A stretch of 64,000 bases of DNA from NCBI GenBank assembly GCA_051294375.1, contig CM119268.1, positions 18,615,412 through 18,679,411 of the forward strand. Direction: 5' to 3'. Origin of the DNA: Paraspadella gotoi (taxonomy: Eukaryota > Animalia > Chaetognatha). Below are positions 1 through 14,103 of the stretch, one piece after another; position 1 is the first letter of the stretch; every line of letters starts with the position of its first letter. The translations under genes were made by a program, and so were the position numbers. Under the pieces are notes generated by a model, which worked only from the letters and a program-made list of their open reading frames with translations, did not search any database and was not told where the DNA came from.

Positions 1-1635
1 AGAAGAAAGAAAAGGAGAAGAAAGAAAGGGGAAGGGAGGAAATGGGGATTGGAGCGAGGGAAGGAGGAAAAAGGAAGAAGAAATGGGAGAAAAAAGAAAA
101 GGGGAGGGAGGAATGGGGATTGGTGTGAGGGAGGGAGAAGAAGAGAAGAAAAAGAAAAAGAGGAAGAAATAAAGGGGAAGGGAGGAAATGTGGATTGGGG
201 TGAGGGAGGGAGGAAGAAGAGGAAGAAGAAGAAAAGGAGGAAGAAAGAAAGGGGAAGGGAGGATTGAGATTGGGTTAGAGAGGAAGAGGAAAAGTTAAAA
301 GTTAAAAAAAATATAAAGAAAAGAAAAAAGATAAAGGATAGAGATATATAGATAGGAGAGAACTAGAGAGAGGAGGAAAGGAAAAAAAAACACGTAAAAA
401 AGAGGACTAAGATCGGCTAAGAAAGAGAGGAGAGAAGAGGTGGAAAAGATGATAAGTTAGGGAAAATAAAAAGAAAAGAAAAGAAAAGAAAAGAAAAGAA
501 ACTAGAGCAATTGCTAGTTAGAAAAAGAGAGGACCCCCGATTGTTTACGGATATAAATTCCTCTTTACTTGTTTTTCCAAATGTTTGTTTTCGTCGCTTC
601 TTCTCCGCAATTAGTCTTTTTTTCTTCGACGCGTGTTTTCCTTTTATAGCGCCACCTTGCCATTTCAAACAAGCAAAGTGGTTGTTTGAATTACCCAATG
701 CACAATGCCTAATACAAGTTGAATTTACTAACCTTCAACTGTTGCTGTTTCATTTAAAATCTCATATCAATGGTATAACTCTTTTCCCCTCCCTGCCCTT
801 CTCTCTCTGAAGCTCTCCCGTCCTTTCTCAAATACTCCTTTATGCTCACCTACCTAACTTATTCTCTATATCCTAATCCTCGTTCTGAACTTCCCTCCCC
901 TGCCCTACCATGCCGTTTATTGACCTCCCCTACCCTAACCAATCATTATTCTTCCCACCTCGGCCCTCCTTGTCCCTTTACCGTCCAACCTAGTCAACCT
1001 TACCCAGTCTCTGGCCTCCCCTGCCCCTTACCCTTACCCTGCCCCCTGCCCCCTGCCCCCTGCCCCCATTTATCCTACGCCGTTTGTCCGGTCGTTTTAC
1101 GCTCTGTTTATCCTCTGCGCTTCGGTCGCCGCAGGAGAATTAACGTCTTTCGAAACGGCGCGCCTTTTCTTCCCGTCGGAACCATTTTGCCTTGTTTTTT
1201 CTGTTTTGTTTCCTGTTTCTTTATTCGTTGTTTCTTACTCTTTTTTTTTTAAGCTCGTTAGGTCAAAAAAATCTGTCTAGTCGTTTCTCGATTTTAAGTT
1301 TCCGTCGTCGTCGTTGTCATCGTCGTCATCGCTGTCATCGTCGTCATCCTCATCGTGGACCAAGGTGTAACTATTTGTTATTCCTTATTTCGTCGTCGTC
1401 GTTTGGCGTCGCCCCTGAAATTCGAGGCCCGCGGAGTAATAAAGGGCAGGGGAGGTCGCCGTTTCCAGGTTCCGAGCTTGTTTCCCTTTCGTATCCCCCA
1501 TCCTACCTCCCCTCTCTTCCCCTCTCTCTCCCTCTAATCCCCCTCTCTTCCCCTCTCTCTCCTTTGCCCTTCTGCACCGCTCGCCGAATCTTTATTTCTC
1601 GTTTCGAGTTGCGTTTAGCGGTGTTGGTAGTGGCA

Positions 1636-1730
1636 ATGTGATGCCATTGGTGATGCCATTGGTGATGCCATGGTGGTGCCATTGTTGGTGCCATCGCTGG
1701 TGCTATCGCTATGATGTCATTGGTGGCGTA
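1636..1730. repeat. 12-bp minisatellite (GTGATGCCATTG)n
   Basis: About 7 degenerate units visible. Confidence 0.8.
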
Positions 1731-3399
1731 GTTCTCAGATTCTCTTCTTTCTTTTCTGTTGTTTTCGTATTTTTTTCATTTTCTTCTTTCATCGACGAAA
1801 CTTTCTTAACTTTTTTGCAATTCGAGAATCACAAAAATCAAACCGATGACACTTGATATCTTAATTACACTTTAATTGAAAATAGAGTCAGTTCACCTGA
1901 TGTGTTTCTGTCGTCTTCAATCTTCTCGATTATAGGTCTGTCGTCTATTATTACAAGCCTATTCAAATATTACTTAATATCTTACTATTTCTCACTACTA
2001 TTTGTAAAATATTTCACATTTCCTTCTTCTTTGAAAATTTTCCCCTTTTTTCTTTCCTCCTCTTTTTTCTTTCTTTTTCTTCTTTCTCCATTCCTCCTCT
2101 TTTCCTTCCTCTTCTTTCTCTCCACCATCCTTCTCCCCCTCCACCTTCCAACAACGAATCAAAATTATGCCTCAATTGTCGTTTCCATTCTCTGCCTTAA
2201 TTTCTTCTTCCCTTCGTTGAGTCGCCTTGATCGAGAGAAATGGTCGACGGCAGCGCCGGCCGCAGCCGCTCCGCCGGCTGAGTCCGCTGCGCCGGTAGAA
2301 TTTTCTGCGCCAGTAGCATCATACTATCAAGAGAAATGACCTATCGACGTACTTTGTCGACCTAGGGATGTGATTGGTCGTTTTTTTTTTCGGATCATCG
2401 AACAACTGACCAATCGTAGATCTACAACCTTGGGTTAACCGGTAACCAATAACTTATGATCAACAAAGACACATAAAGGGGTGGATGGACGGGATTTCTG
2501 AGGGTTGTCACTAGCAATCATTTCGTCTCCTTTGTCTCATTATATCATGCATTGCCATTGTCTATAACTAATAAACATTGTCAATTTTATAATTTACCTT
2601 TATCGTTAATTGACTATTCGTCTCGTTATTGTTGTGATAACCTTTGGCCAACGATTCAACCAACCGACCGTTCAGGCCAGAAAGACGGAGAGAGAGTTTC
2701 GAAGAGAGGTGAAGGCGCGAACCCGTGACCTTTCGACTCGATGATCTCTCCCTTTACCCTTTGAGTCGGACTCAGTTAAAAGTTAAATATAGTTTTTTTT
2801 TCTCTCAGTTATGATGTTTTTAATAATATTTTTATGAACGCTGTCTTTGTCGTCCCCTTTCGTCATCATCATCATCATCATCGTCATCATCATCATCATC
2901 ATCATCGTCATCATCATAAATCCGAGCCCGTGACCTTTGTCGTTCCCTCCCCCTGTTTACGCCGTCAGCATTACTCGCAAATGTATTGCTTCTTTTTTCT
3001 GTCCTCACCTGGCGCCTTGCTTCACCCTTTTTCCACCCAAACCCTTCACAGTGATCCACGTTTTGTTTAACCAAGTTTAAACTTATCTTTATTATTATAA
3101 AAAACTTTTTATAATTACTGATAATCTGAGAACATTTCTGAAGCAGTTTGGGAAGTTTCAAGAGTTAAGAAGAGATTAAAAGAAATATGAAAGGAAAAGA
3201 AATTCGCCTATAAACTTGATCATTAAATGAATCTGTCACCTTTTTTATTATTTTAGTTAAACATATTATGATTCGTCATTTTAACTTCTATTAAATATTG
3301 ACAACAGTTTCTTACTTGTAATAAAAATACTACTTATATTTTTGTGAAATATAAAAGTTACAAAATAAAATTAATCCTATTCTACGTAATGACTTAAAA

Positions 3400-3660
3400 T
3401 ACAACTCAATAAAAAAATTATCCATTCATTTTAAAAATAAGCTATCTTGCCCCTGACTTTAGATAGGCTTTGGTTGTTTAAGGCCTTCATCACTCTTACA
3501 AGATATAGCAGTTCCCTGCAAGCTTTTAATCAAGACTATCTCACAGTCTCGTTTATTCACTCCCAGAATACCTGGCTTCCTTATCAATGAAGTGGCATAA
3601 CATTTCAAAGAATGTTTCAATTGTATGAAAAGCATTTATAGAATTTTGTATTAATATTAA
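3400..3660 (+). mobile_element. Family A repeat copy
   Basis: AAAATTATCCATTCATT..AATAAGCTATCTTGCCCCTGACTTT...CTTTTAATCAAGA...CTCCCAGA.TACCTGGCTTCC..ATCAATGAAGTGG shared with other copies. Confidence 0.7.
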
Positions 3661-3724
3661 TTACATATGTATTTAACTATACATACATAAGACGGTCAGA
3701 GTCACATTGCTCCCCATTTAGTCT

Positions 3725-3955
3725 TTCCACCTCCAACACCATCCACTCCATCTTCCACCCCCACCTCCAACATCCTCAAACAACTTCCAACATCCTCCAA
3801 CATCTACCCCCCTCTCCACATACGCAACCCCTCTCCTCAACATGCCTCCAACATCTACGCCTCTCTCCAACATCCTCCAACAACCAACCCCTCCCCTCTC
3901 CAACATCCTCCAACATCCAACCCCCTCTCCAACATCCTCAAACGACCTCCAGATC
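3725..3955. repeat. Degenerate (CCAACATCCT)n minisatellite
   Basis: Recurring CTCCAACATC units. Confidence 0.75.
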
Positions 3956-4069
3956 CAAAGTCTCTTGTTTTCTTTTCTGGCGACGAAACCGGAAGTAATA
4001 GATGACGCGTCGACGCTTATTGCGTTTTTCTTTTTTTCGGTCGTCGGTGGCGTTATATTCCATCAATGT

Positions 4070-4102
<33 letters not shown>

Positions 4103-4239
4103 TTTGGCGTCGTTGTCGTCGTCGTCGTCGATTCTAGGTTTGCTTTTCTTTTTATGTTACTTTATTTGTTGTTATGTCGTCGTCGGTGATTTTTCCGTAG
4201 CCTTATATTTGCAACATATTTGTTTCCCTTTCTCTCTTC

Positions 4240-4275
<36 letters not shown>

Positions 4276-4322
4276 GTCCGATCTCTCTTCTCTGTCTCTC
4301 TCTCTCTCTCTCTCTCCTACAG

Positions 4323-4471
4323 GTCTGGCTCTACATGCTCTTAGCTTACCTGGCAATCTCCATCACCCTCTTTGTCCTGGCGAGATTTAGTCCGTACGAA
4401 TGGTACAACCCTCACCCGTGCAAAGACGAGGATTTTGTCGAGAATCAATTCACTCTCTCCAACTCACTTTG
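4323..4471 (+). CDS. iGluR exon: M1 and M1-M2 loop
   Basis: (CT)n-CAG acceptor; [49 protein letters not shown](W); GTAAGT donor, phase 2. Confidence 0.95.
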
Positions 4472-7400
4472 GTAAGTTCACATTTCCTTTGCTTATTATT
4501 TTTTTCACGTAGGTTGGGTGAATAAACTTTTTGTCCGTCGCTTTCAAACTTCACTCAGTTCATCTTAGTTCGTTCACTCCCTAAATATATTTTGGTAAGT
4601 TTTTTTCTTCTTCACCAAACCTCTTTTCCACGGTTTTCACATTTCTTTGTGAATCCGAAAATTCCAAGGGTCGGGTTCTGCCTCGGTCGACAGACGGACT
4701 CTTTTCACAGAAACTTTAATTGATTTTATTCAGTTAATGTGAATTCGGAATAGAAATGAAAACCAATGAAATTAAGAAGACGGTTATCATCTTAACTTTC
4801 ACACTCACAATAATGATTTGCTCAACTCATTTCATTTTTTCAAATTTTTTCTTCAGTTTCCCTGCAAAACCGGGAGTTCTGTCTCAATCATGTTTTCCAA
4901 TCCTAGGTTCACGCAGGTAGTCATTGCTTCGAGCCTCTCCAAGCCACCATCACATTTTTTTTACCGCTCACCACTTAATCGTACCTATTTATATTTTTTT
5001 TTCAATTTGATTCTTTTTTTTTATTCGCATAATTATTGGTTTTCTTAAAACTCTTACTAAATAAAATTACCCAAGCACAACAGCTAAAAACTCAATTTTA
5101 TTTTAATCACTCATGAAAATGAAACTAACACTCACACTAATGATTAAACGAACTTTTAAAAATGGCTAAGTTGTAATCTTTAATTTTATAACAAAGGAGA
5201 TATTATTTCCTAAAAATCAGAAATAAAAGAATTACTATTCTCCTTTGTTATGACATTAAAATAAATCAAATGAAAAAAAAAACTAATCCAGTTTTCTGGA
5301 GGATAGTTTTAAAAAATTGGATTTTCCAAAAAAAAAAAAATTAAAGCTTTTTCCCAGGCCCTCTCGGTCTCTCTCTGCCACTCCTTCCCTTCTTCCACTA
5401 CCCCATCTAATACCCCCTTCCTCACCCTCTCCCCTCTTTTCCCCGCTACCCTCTTCCCCCCTCCCCTTAAGGTACATCGTGGGTTCCCTCATGCGCCAGG
5501 ATTCCGGTGCGGAGATTTGTCCCCGCGCGGCGTCGACGCGTCTTGTGACGGGCATCTGGTGGTTCTTCACTCTCATTATGATCTCGTCCTACACGGCCAA
5601 TCTAGCCGCATTTCTTACGGGTAAGTCTGAGTGAGTCAGTGAAGCAAATTAGGTATGTATTTAATATTTGAAGTATGATTTTAAAAAAAAGCCGACATTT
5701 GAATTAAAAAATTTTGGTCATTGCCAAAAAACTTTATTCGTTTCTCCGTTTCTCCGTCTGTCCGTACGTCTTTATATTAAGTCAACACGTGCTATAATAT
5801 CTAGAAATAAAATATTTCCGTTCCTTTCCTCATCTTCTTTGAGAATCTCAATGCCTTAAAATGACCCAGTTTTCTTTGAAACTTCCTTTTTCCTTTCCTT
5901 TTCACCACCCCTCGCCTCTTTTCTTCCCGCCTTTCATTCTCCCCTTGTTTATTGGCCTTTCAGTCCTGGGCGTTGCTTGCTCGGAGTCCGACCAACCATT
6001 TTCTTTTTTCTTTTTAGATTTTTTTTTTATTCTCTGGTTCTTTTTTTACTTATTGATCCGCTTATTCTTTTCAATCTCCTTTATCCATCTCCTCTTCCTC
6101 ATTTTCTTCTTCCTCCTCCTCCTCTTCCTTCGTCTCTCGTCATAAGCGTCAAAGCGACGGTCAAACGATTGAATGATTGCACCTCAACGACCTAAAAGCG
6201 AAAAGAGACAGATGGTGTGGTCTTTGCCAATAGCGCAGATGGTGCAGGTGGCCGAGAAGGCGTTGCAAGAAGCAGTGAGCGAAGGTTGAATTGGAGGAAG
6301 GATCAAAATATGGAGAAAAAAGGAATGTGAACGAAATATAGAGACATCGCCATATAAAAGCCGAAAATTGCAATGCAAAGAGAAACGAATTGATTGCGAC
6401 TAGATCGTGAGACAACGAGATGCGATAAACTGAAAGGGCGTTCCATGAGGCAGAGAAGACAACGGGGGTGAGAAAAAAAGGGAGGCCTCGAATCGGTGAT
6501 GGTTCCAACGGGGGTCATTAGTTGAGTCGGTTCCTGACAGGATTTGCAATGGCAATGGGAACTGAACAGGTTGATTGATGATCGATTAATTCGAGAGTCA
6601 ATCGACAGACTCTCTCACTCTCTCTCGTAATTCCTGCTCTTCTCTCTCTCTCCGAGGCATCGTTCTCCTTCGCATCTCTCAATCTCTCTGTCATTCTCTG
6701 CTCATTTCTCCTCTCTCTTCCGATCCTTCTCTCCGGTCTCTGCTCTCTATCCTCTCTCTCTCATCTCTCCTCTCTCTCTTCTCTCCTGATCCTGCTCTCT
6801 CTCTCTCTCAGCGCTCTCACTCTCTTTTTTAGGCTCGATTCAGTCAGGTCCCTTTTTTTGCATCTTTTTACTTTTTTTTCGCCAGAAATTCTATGGAATT
6901 TTTCTCCCTTTTATTTTCCCCTTTTTTTTCTTCTCTAGGTCCCATTCTCACATTGACCCTTCTTTTCTCTCTTCCTCGTTTTTCTTTTCCCTGACTTCCC
7001 CAACCTTATTTTCCTTTCTTTTTTTTCTTTTCCTTTCTTTCCTTTTCTTTTNNNNNNNNNNNNNNNNNNNNNNNNNNNNNNNNNNNNNNNNNNNNNNNNN
7101 NNNNNNNNNNNNNNNNNNNNNNNNNNNNNNNNNNNNNNNNNNNNNNNNNNNNNNNNNNNNNNNNNNNNNNNNNNNNNNNNNNNNNNNNNNNNNNNNNNNN
7201 NNNNNNNNNNNNNNNNNNNNNNNNNNNNNNNNNNNNNNNNNNNNNNNNNNNNNNNNNNNNNNNNNNNNNNNNNNNNNNNNNNNNNNNNNNNNNNNNNNNN
7301 NNNNNNNNNNNNNNNNNNNNNNNNNNNNNNNNNNNNNNNNNNNNNNNNNNNNNNNNNNNNNNNNNNNNNNNNNNNNNNNNNNNNNNNNNNNNNNNNNNNN

Positions 7401-10400
7401 NNNNNNNNNNNNNNNNNNNNNNNNNAAAGAAGAGAGATAGAAGATAACATTTCTCAGGGTTCCGGCACCAGACCACGCTATGATCGTCCTTCCACACCGC
7501 AGGCTAATCGATTCTCAGTGAATCCAAAAAACCTTAATGTCCCGCATTATTTTCGCGCCTTCATGTCCTGTCCTCAGAGTTTGCCCTCAGTCTGTTCCCA
7601 AGTGCCAGAACTAGGGGCAAAGGTCGGTCCATTGCAAACGGACGCATGATTACGGCCGAGGGGTGGATAGGCGGAGGGAAATAAAGGAAAAGGAAGGATA
7701 GACGGATAAAAGACTTCGGCCTCGACGAGACGGCGTCAATCAACGTCGCTCATCCGTCCTTAAACCAAATTCGCTTTTCTTCCTTTATTTTCCTTTTTTC
7801 CTTTTTCTTTATTCTTTATTTAGCTCTGATCTACTTTTCCTTTCAATCCCCGGATGTAAAAGGAAAAAGGTTTTGTGAGTGGAGGTCGAGGTTAACCTAG
7901 TTTGTCCTTGAGATCTGGAAGGCTTGACTGATCATTAGTTCTGTCTAGTTTTACTGACTGTCGATGCATTGTTTTACATGTATTACATATGAGTGTGTGG
8001 TCCTTTTATACAATTGAAATTCTGTGAAATATCATACCACTTCATTGATGGGGAAGCCAGGTACTCTGGGAGTCAGTAAACGAGAATGTGAGAGAATCTT
8101 GATTAAAAGCCTTCAGGAGCCTGTTATGTGATGGAGGCCTGTCCAATTATTAATTAAATCAATGGATAATTTTATATTGGTTGTACCAATTATATATTAC
8201 TTATCATAGCTTTGCTTCAGTTTTGTGGCTATATTTGACTTGATAAATTTAATTTTTCTCATTGGGGTCAAAGTTGTTAAAATAAGATAAATTGTAATTC
8301 GGTTTTTGGTTCCAGGGTCGAAAATGATTGACGGACCAATCAGCAAAACGGAGACGAGGATCGCGAATTGATTGACACTTCATGTCGGATTGACTGACTA
8401 AGACTAAGACTTATTAAGAACTTAAAAAGTAAAAAAGTTTCTACATATCACTTTCTATCTGCTGCACCCAATTTAGAGACCATTTTATTACCTTACTCCT
8501 TTTTATCTTTTGCTTCTTTACCTTTCCTTTCCTTTCCTTTCCTTTCCATTCCTTTCCATTCCTTTTCTTTCCTTTCCTTTTTTCCTTTCCTTTCCTTTCC
8601 TTTCCATTCCTTTTCTTTCCTTTTCTTTTCTTTTCTTTTCTTTTCTTTTCTTTTCTTTTCTTTTCTTTTCTTTTCTTTTCTTTTCTTTTCTTTTCTTTCT
8701 TCTCTTTTATGCCTCTCCTTTCCTTTCCTTTCCTTTCCTTTCCTTTCCTGTTTTCTTTTAGGTATTTCCTTTACGTTTCATTCCGTTTCCTTTCCTTTCT
8801 TTTCCTTTCCTTTTCTTTCCTTTCCTTTCATNNNNNNNNNNNNNNNNNNNNNNNNNNNNNNNNNNNNNNNNNNNNNNNNNNNNNNNNNNNNNNNNNNNNN
8901 NNNNNNNNNNNNNNNNNNNNNNNNNNNNNNNNNNNNNNNNNNNNNNNNNNNNNNNNNNNNNNNNNNNNNNNNNNNNNNNNTTTTTTATTTTCCCTTTTAA
9001 GTCACTAAATAAAGGAAAGCAAAAGCGAAACCAGTCATCCTCCTATTTCTACTTCTTTTCATTTTTACTCTTTCTTTTTTTCGTTTCCTCTACTTATATT
9101 TTTCCTTCCTTTTTTCCCCTTCTCTCTGTTCCTCTTTCTTCTTTTTCCTCTTTTTCCTCTTTTTTCTCTTTCCNNNNNNNNNNTTCTTTTTCCTTCACCT
9201 TTTTTCGTCACTTTGCCATTTCTCTTTAAGAATAGATTCGGTTTTCCCCCATTACTCTTACTGTTCCCTTCCCCTCTCTCTCTTTCCTTCGTCAGTTCTT
9301 CTATCTTTATTCTCCCCTGTCTTTTCTTCCTATTTCTCACCTTTTTTTTATTCTCCTCCTCTCCCTTTCCTTGCTTTTGCTTCCTCCTCCCAATTTTTCA
9401 TACTTCCTCCCCTCTTCCTTCCTCCCTCCTCTCATCCTTCCCTCCCCTCTCTTTCTTGTCTCCTCTTATCTTCCCCTCTTCTATTTTCCTCCCGCCACTA
9501 ATCTTACCTTCCGTCGGCGGTCGCTTCGTCTTTAAAAAGCCAACAGTCCGCCTTCTAGAACCCTTATCCCTCTTTTTTTCCCTTTCCCATATTTCTCCTT
9601 CTCTCCTCTTCGTCTCGATTCCTCATCCTTCTCTCCTTCATCCTCCTCTCCTCTCAGGCTCCTCTCTCTCTCTACTTTCCCCCCTCTCACTCCCCTCTTC
9701 TCTCTTTTCTCCCTCTCTCTCCCTCTCCTCCTTCCCTTCCTCTAACACAAACACACACAACGTCATAGTCCCATGCACGAACACACCACAAAATATAAGG
9801 GGATCCCTCGGCTCGTTCTCTATTCTCGAATCATTAGTCGGAAAAGGGCAGGGTCAAAGGTCAAACCGGTCAGCGAAGGGTCATGGCGTGTCAAAAAAGG
9901 GTCTAAAGGTCAAACTACCGTTCGCGGGTGACGCCCGGCCACCCGAAAATCGGATCTCGCGTCGGTGGAAGTTATTGGTTGGGGAGGGAAGGGGGGGTGA
10001 AAGGAAACCCCGTGGGGAGGGGGGAGAAAAGGAAGGGGGAGGGGGAGGCTGATCTCAGGAATGAAGAGGGATGAGGAGGTGAATTGTGAANNNNNNNNNN
10101 NNNNNNNNNNNNNNNNNNNNNNNNNNNNNNNTTTTTATAATCGTCTTTTTTTCCGCTCCAGGGTACCTAACCCTTTCTTTCATAACCCCTCTTTCACTCG
10201 TTTTTTTACTTTTAAATTCCTTTTTAACTCACAATACTATCAATGACTAAATTTAAATTAAACGTTTCCACTTAAAAAAATCATTCTCTCTTTTTTTATA
10301 AAATGACCTCAGCTTCTTTTCTTTTCAATTTTCACCCCCCCCCCGTTCACCCTCTTAAAACATCTCTCGCCCCGTTTTCATTTAGAGAGTGTTGTGTACT

Positions 10401-11791
10401 ACTCAGTGGCTTCGCCGTTTCCTCTGGGCCGACGTCTGTTATTTTCATCGATTTTAATTCCAGACATAAGACAGCTTCAAGGTTTATCGGGGCAAAGTAC
10501 GGAATTACGGCTTAATGAGGCTAAAAAAGAAGCATCAAAAATTAATGGGGCTCAAGAAAGAAAGAAAGACTCCTAGAATCGAAGCTTAATGGGAAATAAG
10601 ATAGCATCGAATCCTCTCGGAGTATAAGAAAGTGCATCGTAAACAGTCACTGAACAGCGTTACTGCATGAAGCTGCATGAAACTGAAAGGGAAACTAAAG
10701 TCATAAAGAAAAAACACGTATTATCTGAGTGCGATGAAAAAAAAAACGAGTTTTGAACTTTAAAGTAATTAGTATGGTGGAATAAAATCCATCAACCGTT
10801 CATCAGCGGCCATTGGTGCCGGAGGCAAGTCATTCGCCTCCCAACCCAAAGGTCCGGGGTTCTAGCCCAGTGGTCACCTAGCAGTTAAGAGGGACGGGGC
10901 ACTTTACCCGCCTGTAACACGGTGTTACAGCCTGATCCAATGCTCAGGGACTGCTTATAATGAACGGTTCTGTCACTAACACATAACAATAATCACTGTC
11001 TCTTCATTAGTAATAATAAAATTTTTAAGGCTCTACGGCGCATTCTCGCCACGTCCCCTTCCCATTTTTCGGCCCATCGTTCAACCTTCTTTTGTAATTT
11101 CTCTGCTACTCAGTTCGTGATAGAGCTCTTCACTTTCACAATTGTTTTCACTGATTTACTCACTCAATGCATTACGAACTTATTTATATATTTGTATATA
11201 TATTTATATTTATATAGGAATCAGGAGCTAAGCTTATTTTGTTCTTCTAGAACGTTTCCACGAATCCAGTTACAACCAGACAATCTCATCTTTTTTTTTC
11301 TTTTCTTTTTTTTTCCCTTTTTTTTTCTCAGGTTGCGTTTCCTGGGTTTTCATTGTTTCACGCGTCACTTATTTCGAAAATTGAAACCTGATTTTAGACT
11401 TTTTCTGTTTTTTAAATAATTACTTTTTTCCCTATTTCCGTCTGTTGTCTTTAGTCACGGGTACCGCTGGGACTCAATTTAGCATAGTTAAATGTAATAA
11501 CATAGATAAAATAAATAATAAGTTCTTCAGCTATGAAAAGGGAAAGACTGAATGTTGAACGTTTTGTTTTGTATCTCAGTTTCTGCAAGTATTACCGTCT
11601 TAAGAAACAATGCGGGAATCAATTATTATCAAAATATTTATAGAAAGACAAACAAAAAGAAAGAGAAAGACAGAGAAAATACTTATTTACATAATGAATC
11701 GTTTGTAATCATCATTATTTTAGCTCCCTGATGCGTTTGTAAGTTTTTCAAAAAAAAAAAGATTAAAAACAAGTTAAGGAAAAGATATGCA

Positions 11792-11825
<34 letters not shown>

Positions 11826-12677
11826 AAATAACAGGTGAGCGACAAAAAAAATAGATTAAATGACGATAAAAAAAAAATAGAGAGAGTAAGAAAGTAATAA
11901 AAAGAAAGACATGATTAAAGGAAGAAAGAGAAGAGTAAAAAGGCGTGGTTGTTAAAAAGAAAAAATAAGAAAGAAAAAAGGTTAAAGCGACTAAGGAGGG
12001 AAAAGGGAAGAGGAAGTGATGATGATAAAAAGAGAGGAGAGGAAGTGATAATGATAAAATGAGAGGAGAGGAAGTGATGATGATAAAATGAGATGGGATG
12101 AAGATGATTGAAATAAGGATCGATAATAAAGATAAAAGCGAAGAATAAGAATAATATGGCTTTTCATTAAGATTGTATGTAAGTAAATAAATTAAAATGG
12201 GGAGGAAGACGGATGAAACGAATAGCATTAGGGGTTCTAAATGATTGCATATAATGGAGGTGATTAGATAACGGTGAGGCGGGACTGAAGGTGAAGACGG
12301 GGTGAGGGTGATCAGGGGTAAAAGCGTGAGAGAGTTGTTGAGGCTTCACATCACCTTCGTTGGATAAACAATCGCGACCCGCGAAAATGCATAAACAAAA
12401 AGAGTGAAGTGATTAAGAAGGACGGGGTGAGAAGGTGATCGGCACAGCGGATTTTATCTTGTGAAAAGTGAATCGATGAATGAAGCTTTTCTCTTTTTTG
12501 CCACAACTCAACTCGTTCATTTCCTTAGATTAGCTTTTTTTATTATTCACAAGTGTCATTCTCCTTCACTGATAATGAATGCCTCATTACAAATGCGCCT
12601 TTCCCTCTCGCTCTCTCGCTCTCTCTCTCTCTCATATACTCTTTTCACGCCTAACTCTTTCCTTCATCATCTCTCCT

Positions 12678-12739
<62 letters not shown>

Positions 12740-13107
12740 TCTCTCTCATTCTCTCTCTTGTTCACTCTATTTCTGTCCACTGTCAGTTCGACTCCCCTGG
12801 ATACGAACCTTTTATTCATTTCTAATCTGCGAGCATCATTGAGGAGAATAATAGAAGAGAGAACGAATAGAGAGATAGAGAGTTGCAGGAATAAAGAGAT
12901 AGAGATGAGAGAAACGAAGAGAGAGGAGAGAGAGACGAGGTGAGAGTAGAGGAAAGAGAGAGAGAGAGAAGAGAGAGATAGGAGAGAGAAGGAGCCAACT
13001 TCTTTCTATTTCGCATCTTTCTTTTGTTTTCGTTTTTAATTTATTTTTAAATCTTCATTGGTCCTTGAGAGACGCGAAGGCAACAGAGAGGAGAGAAGAC
13101 ATAGAAC

Positions 13108-13184
<77 letters not shown>

Positions 13185-14019
13185 GGAAAGAATTGTCTTT
13201 TGTTTTTGTAGCGAATTTCGTCGTCGTCGTCGCTATTGTTTTCCTTTTTATGTCCTGGTTTATGGCTTCTATAATTTCACGAAAAAGGAAAGAAAAGCAA
13301 AAATCTGGTTCATTATAAAAAAGAAAATATTAGCTGAGTATAAAATAAAATTTGACTCTTTTTTAATACTATGCGGTAATAAAAACATTCCACCGAAATG
13401 AGAGATAGAACGCCGACCGTTTTCAAAGTGGAGCAAGAAAAACACATTTGTAGTTCGTTACATATTCTTTCATCCGCAGTTGAACGCCTGGCCACGCCCA
13501 TCGAGAACGCGGAAGACTTGTCCCGTCAGCAGGAGATCAGCTACGGAACTCTCCTTTCCGGTTCCACTATGTCATTTTTCAGAGATTCCAAGATCGAGAC
13601 TTACATGAGGATGTGGAACGCGATGGTTAAGAGCGACCCCACTGTCTTCGTCAACAACACGAAAGAAGGTGAGTTGATCTCTCGTTGGGGTCGACATCTG
13701 TGGGTGAAACTAAGAAATCGAAACTCGGACAAAGCACTACGAATCTTTGGAAAAAGTCATCGTTTAACAAAAATATATGCGTAATTTGGTGTAATAATTA
13801 ATTTTTAATTACTGAATCAGGCTTCGTCATTATCGACGTCTCCGCATTGGAAGAAATTGTGAAACTGAAAGTTAAACGAGATTGTGCAGTTTAAGGGAAA
13901 AAATATCTTGGGAGAAAATCTCTTGCGAGCACAATTTTTTTCAGGAAGTCTTATTCGTTTTTAGAAAAGTAAAAAATACTCGAGTGCGTGTGAAATTCAA
14001 AGGGTTAGAAACTGGCTCG

Positions 14020-14103
<84 letters not shown>

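Noticed and set aside
2700-2770. Reverse-strand B-box-like tRNA fragments (also ~49010-49060)
   Set aside because: Too short and degenerate to call; possibly old SINE remnants.
1-3100. ORF-track entries rich in K/R/E, F/S/L or poly-H/D
   Set aside because: Translations of purine/pyrimidine tracts and (CAT)n/(CGT)n repeats; no iGluR S1 motif or consistent splice sites found.
6600-6840. Oddly interrupted (CT)n tract
   Set aside because: Random single-base interruptions near an N gap look like noisy long-read gap filling.
8500-10052. Longest ORF (279 aa) and neighbouring ORFs
   Set aside because: CT-rich low-complexity intron sequence that lacks stops by composition.
10806-10880. Functional tRNA-Gly gene
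   Set aside because: Arms do not pair cleanly and the T-loop is degenerate; better explained as a SINE head.
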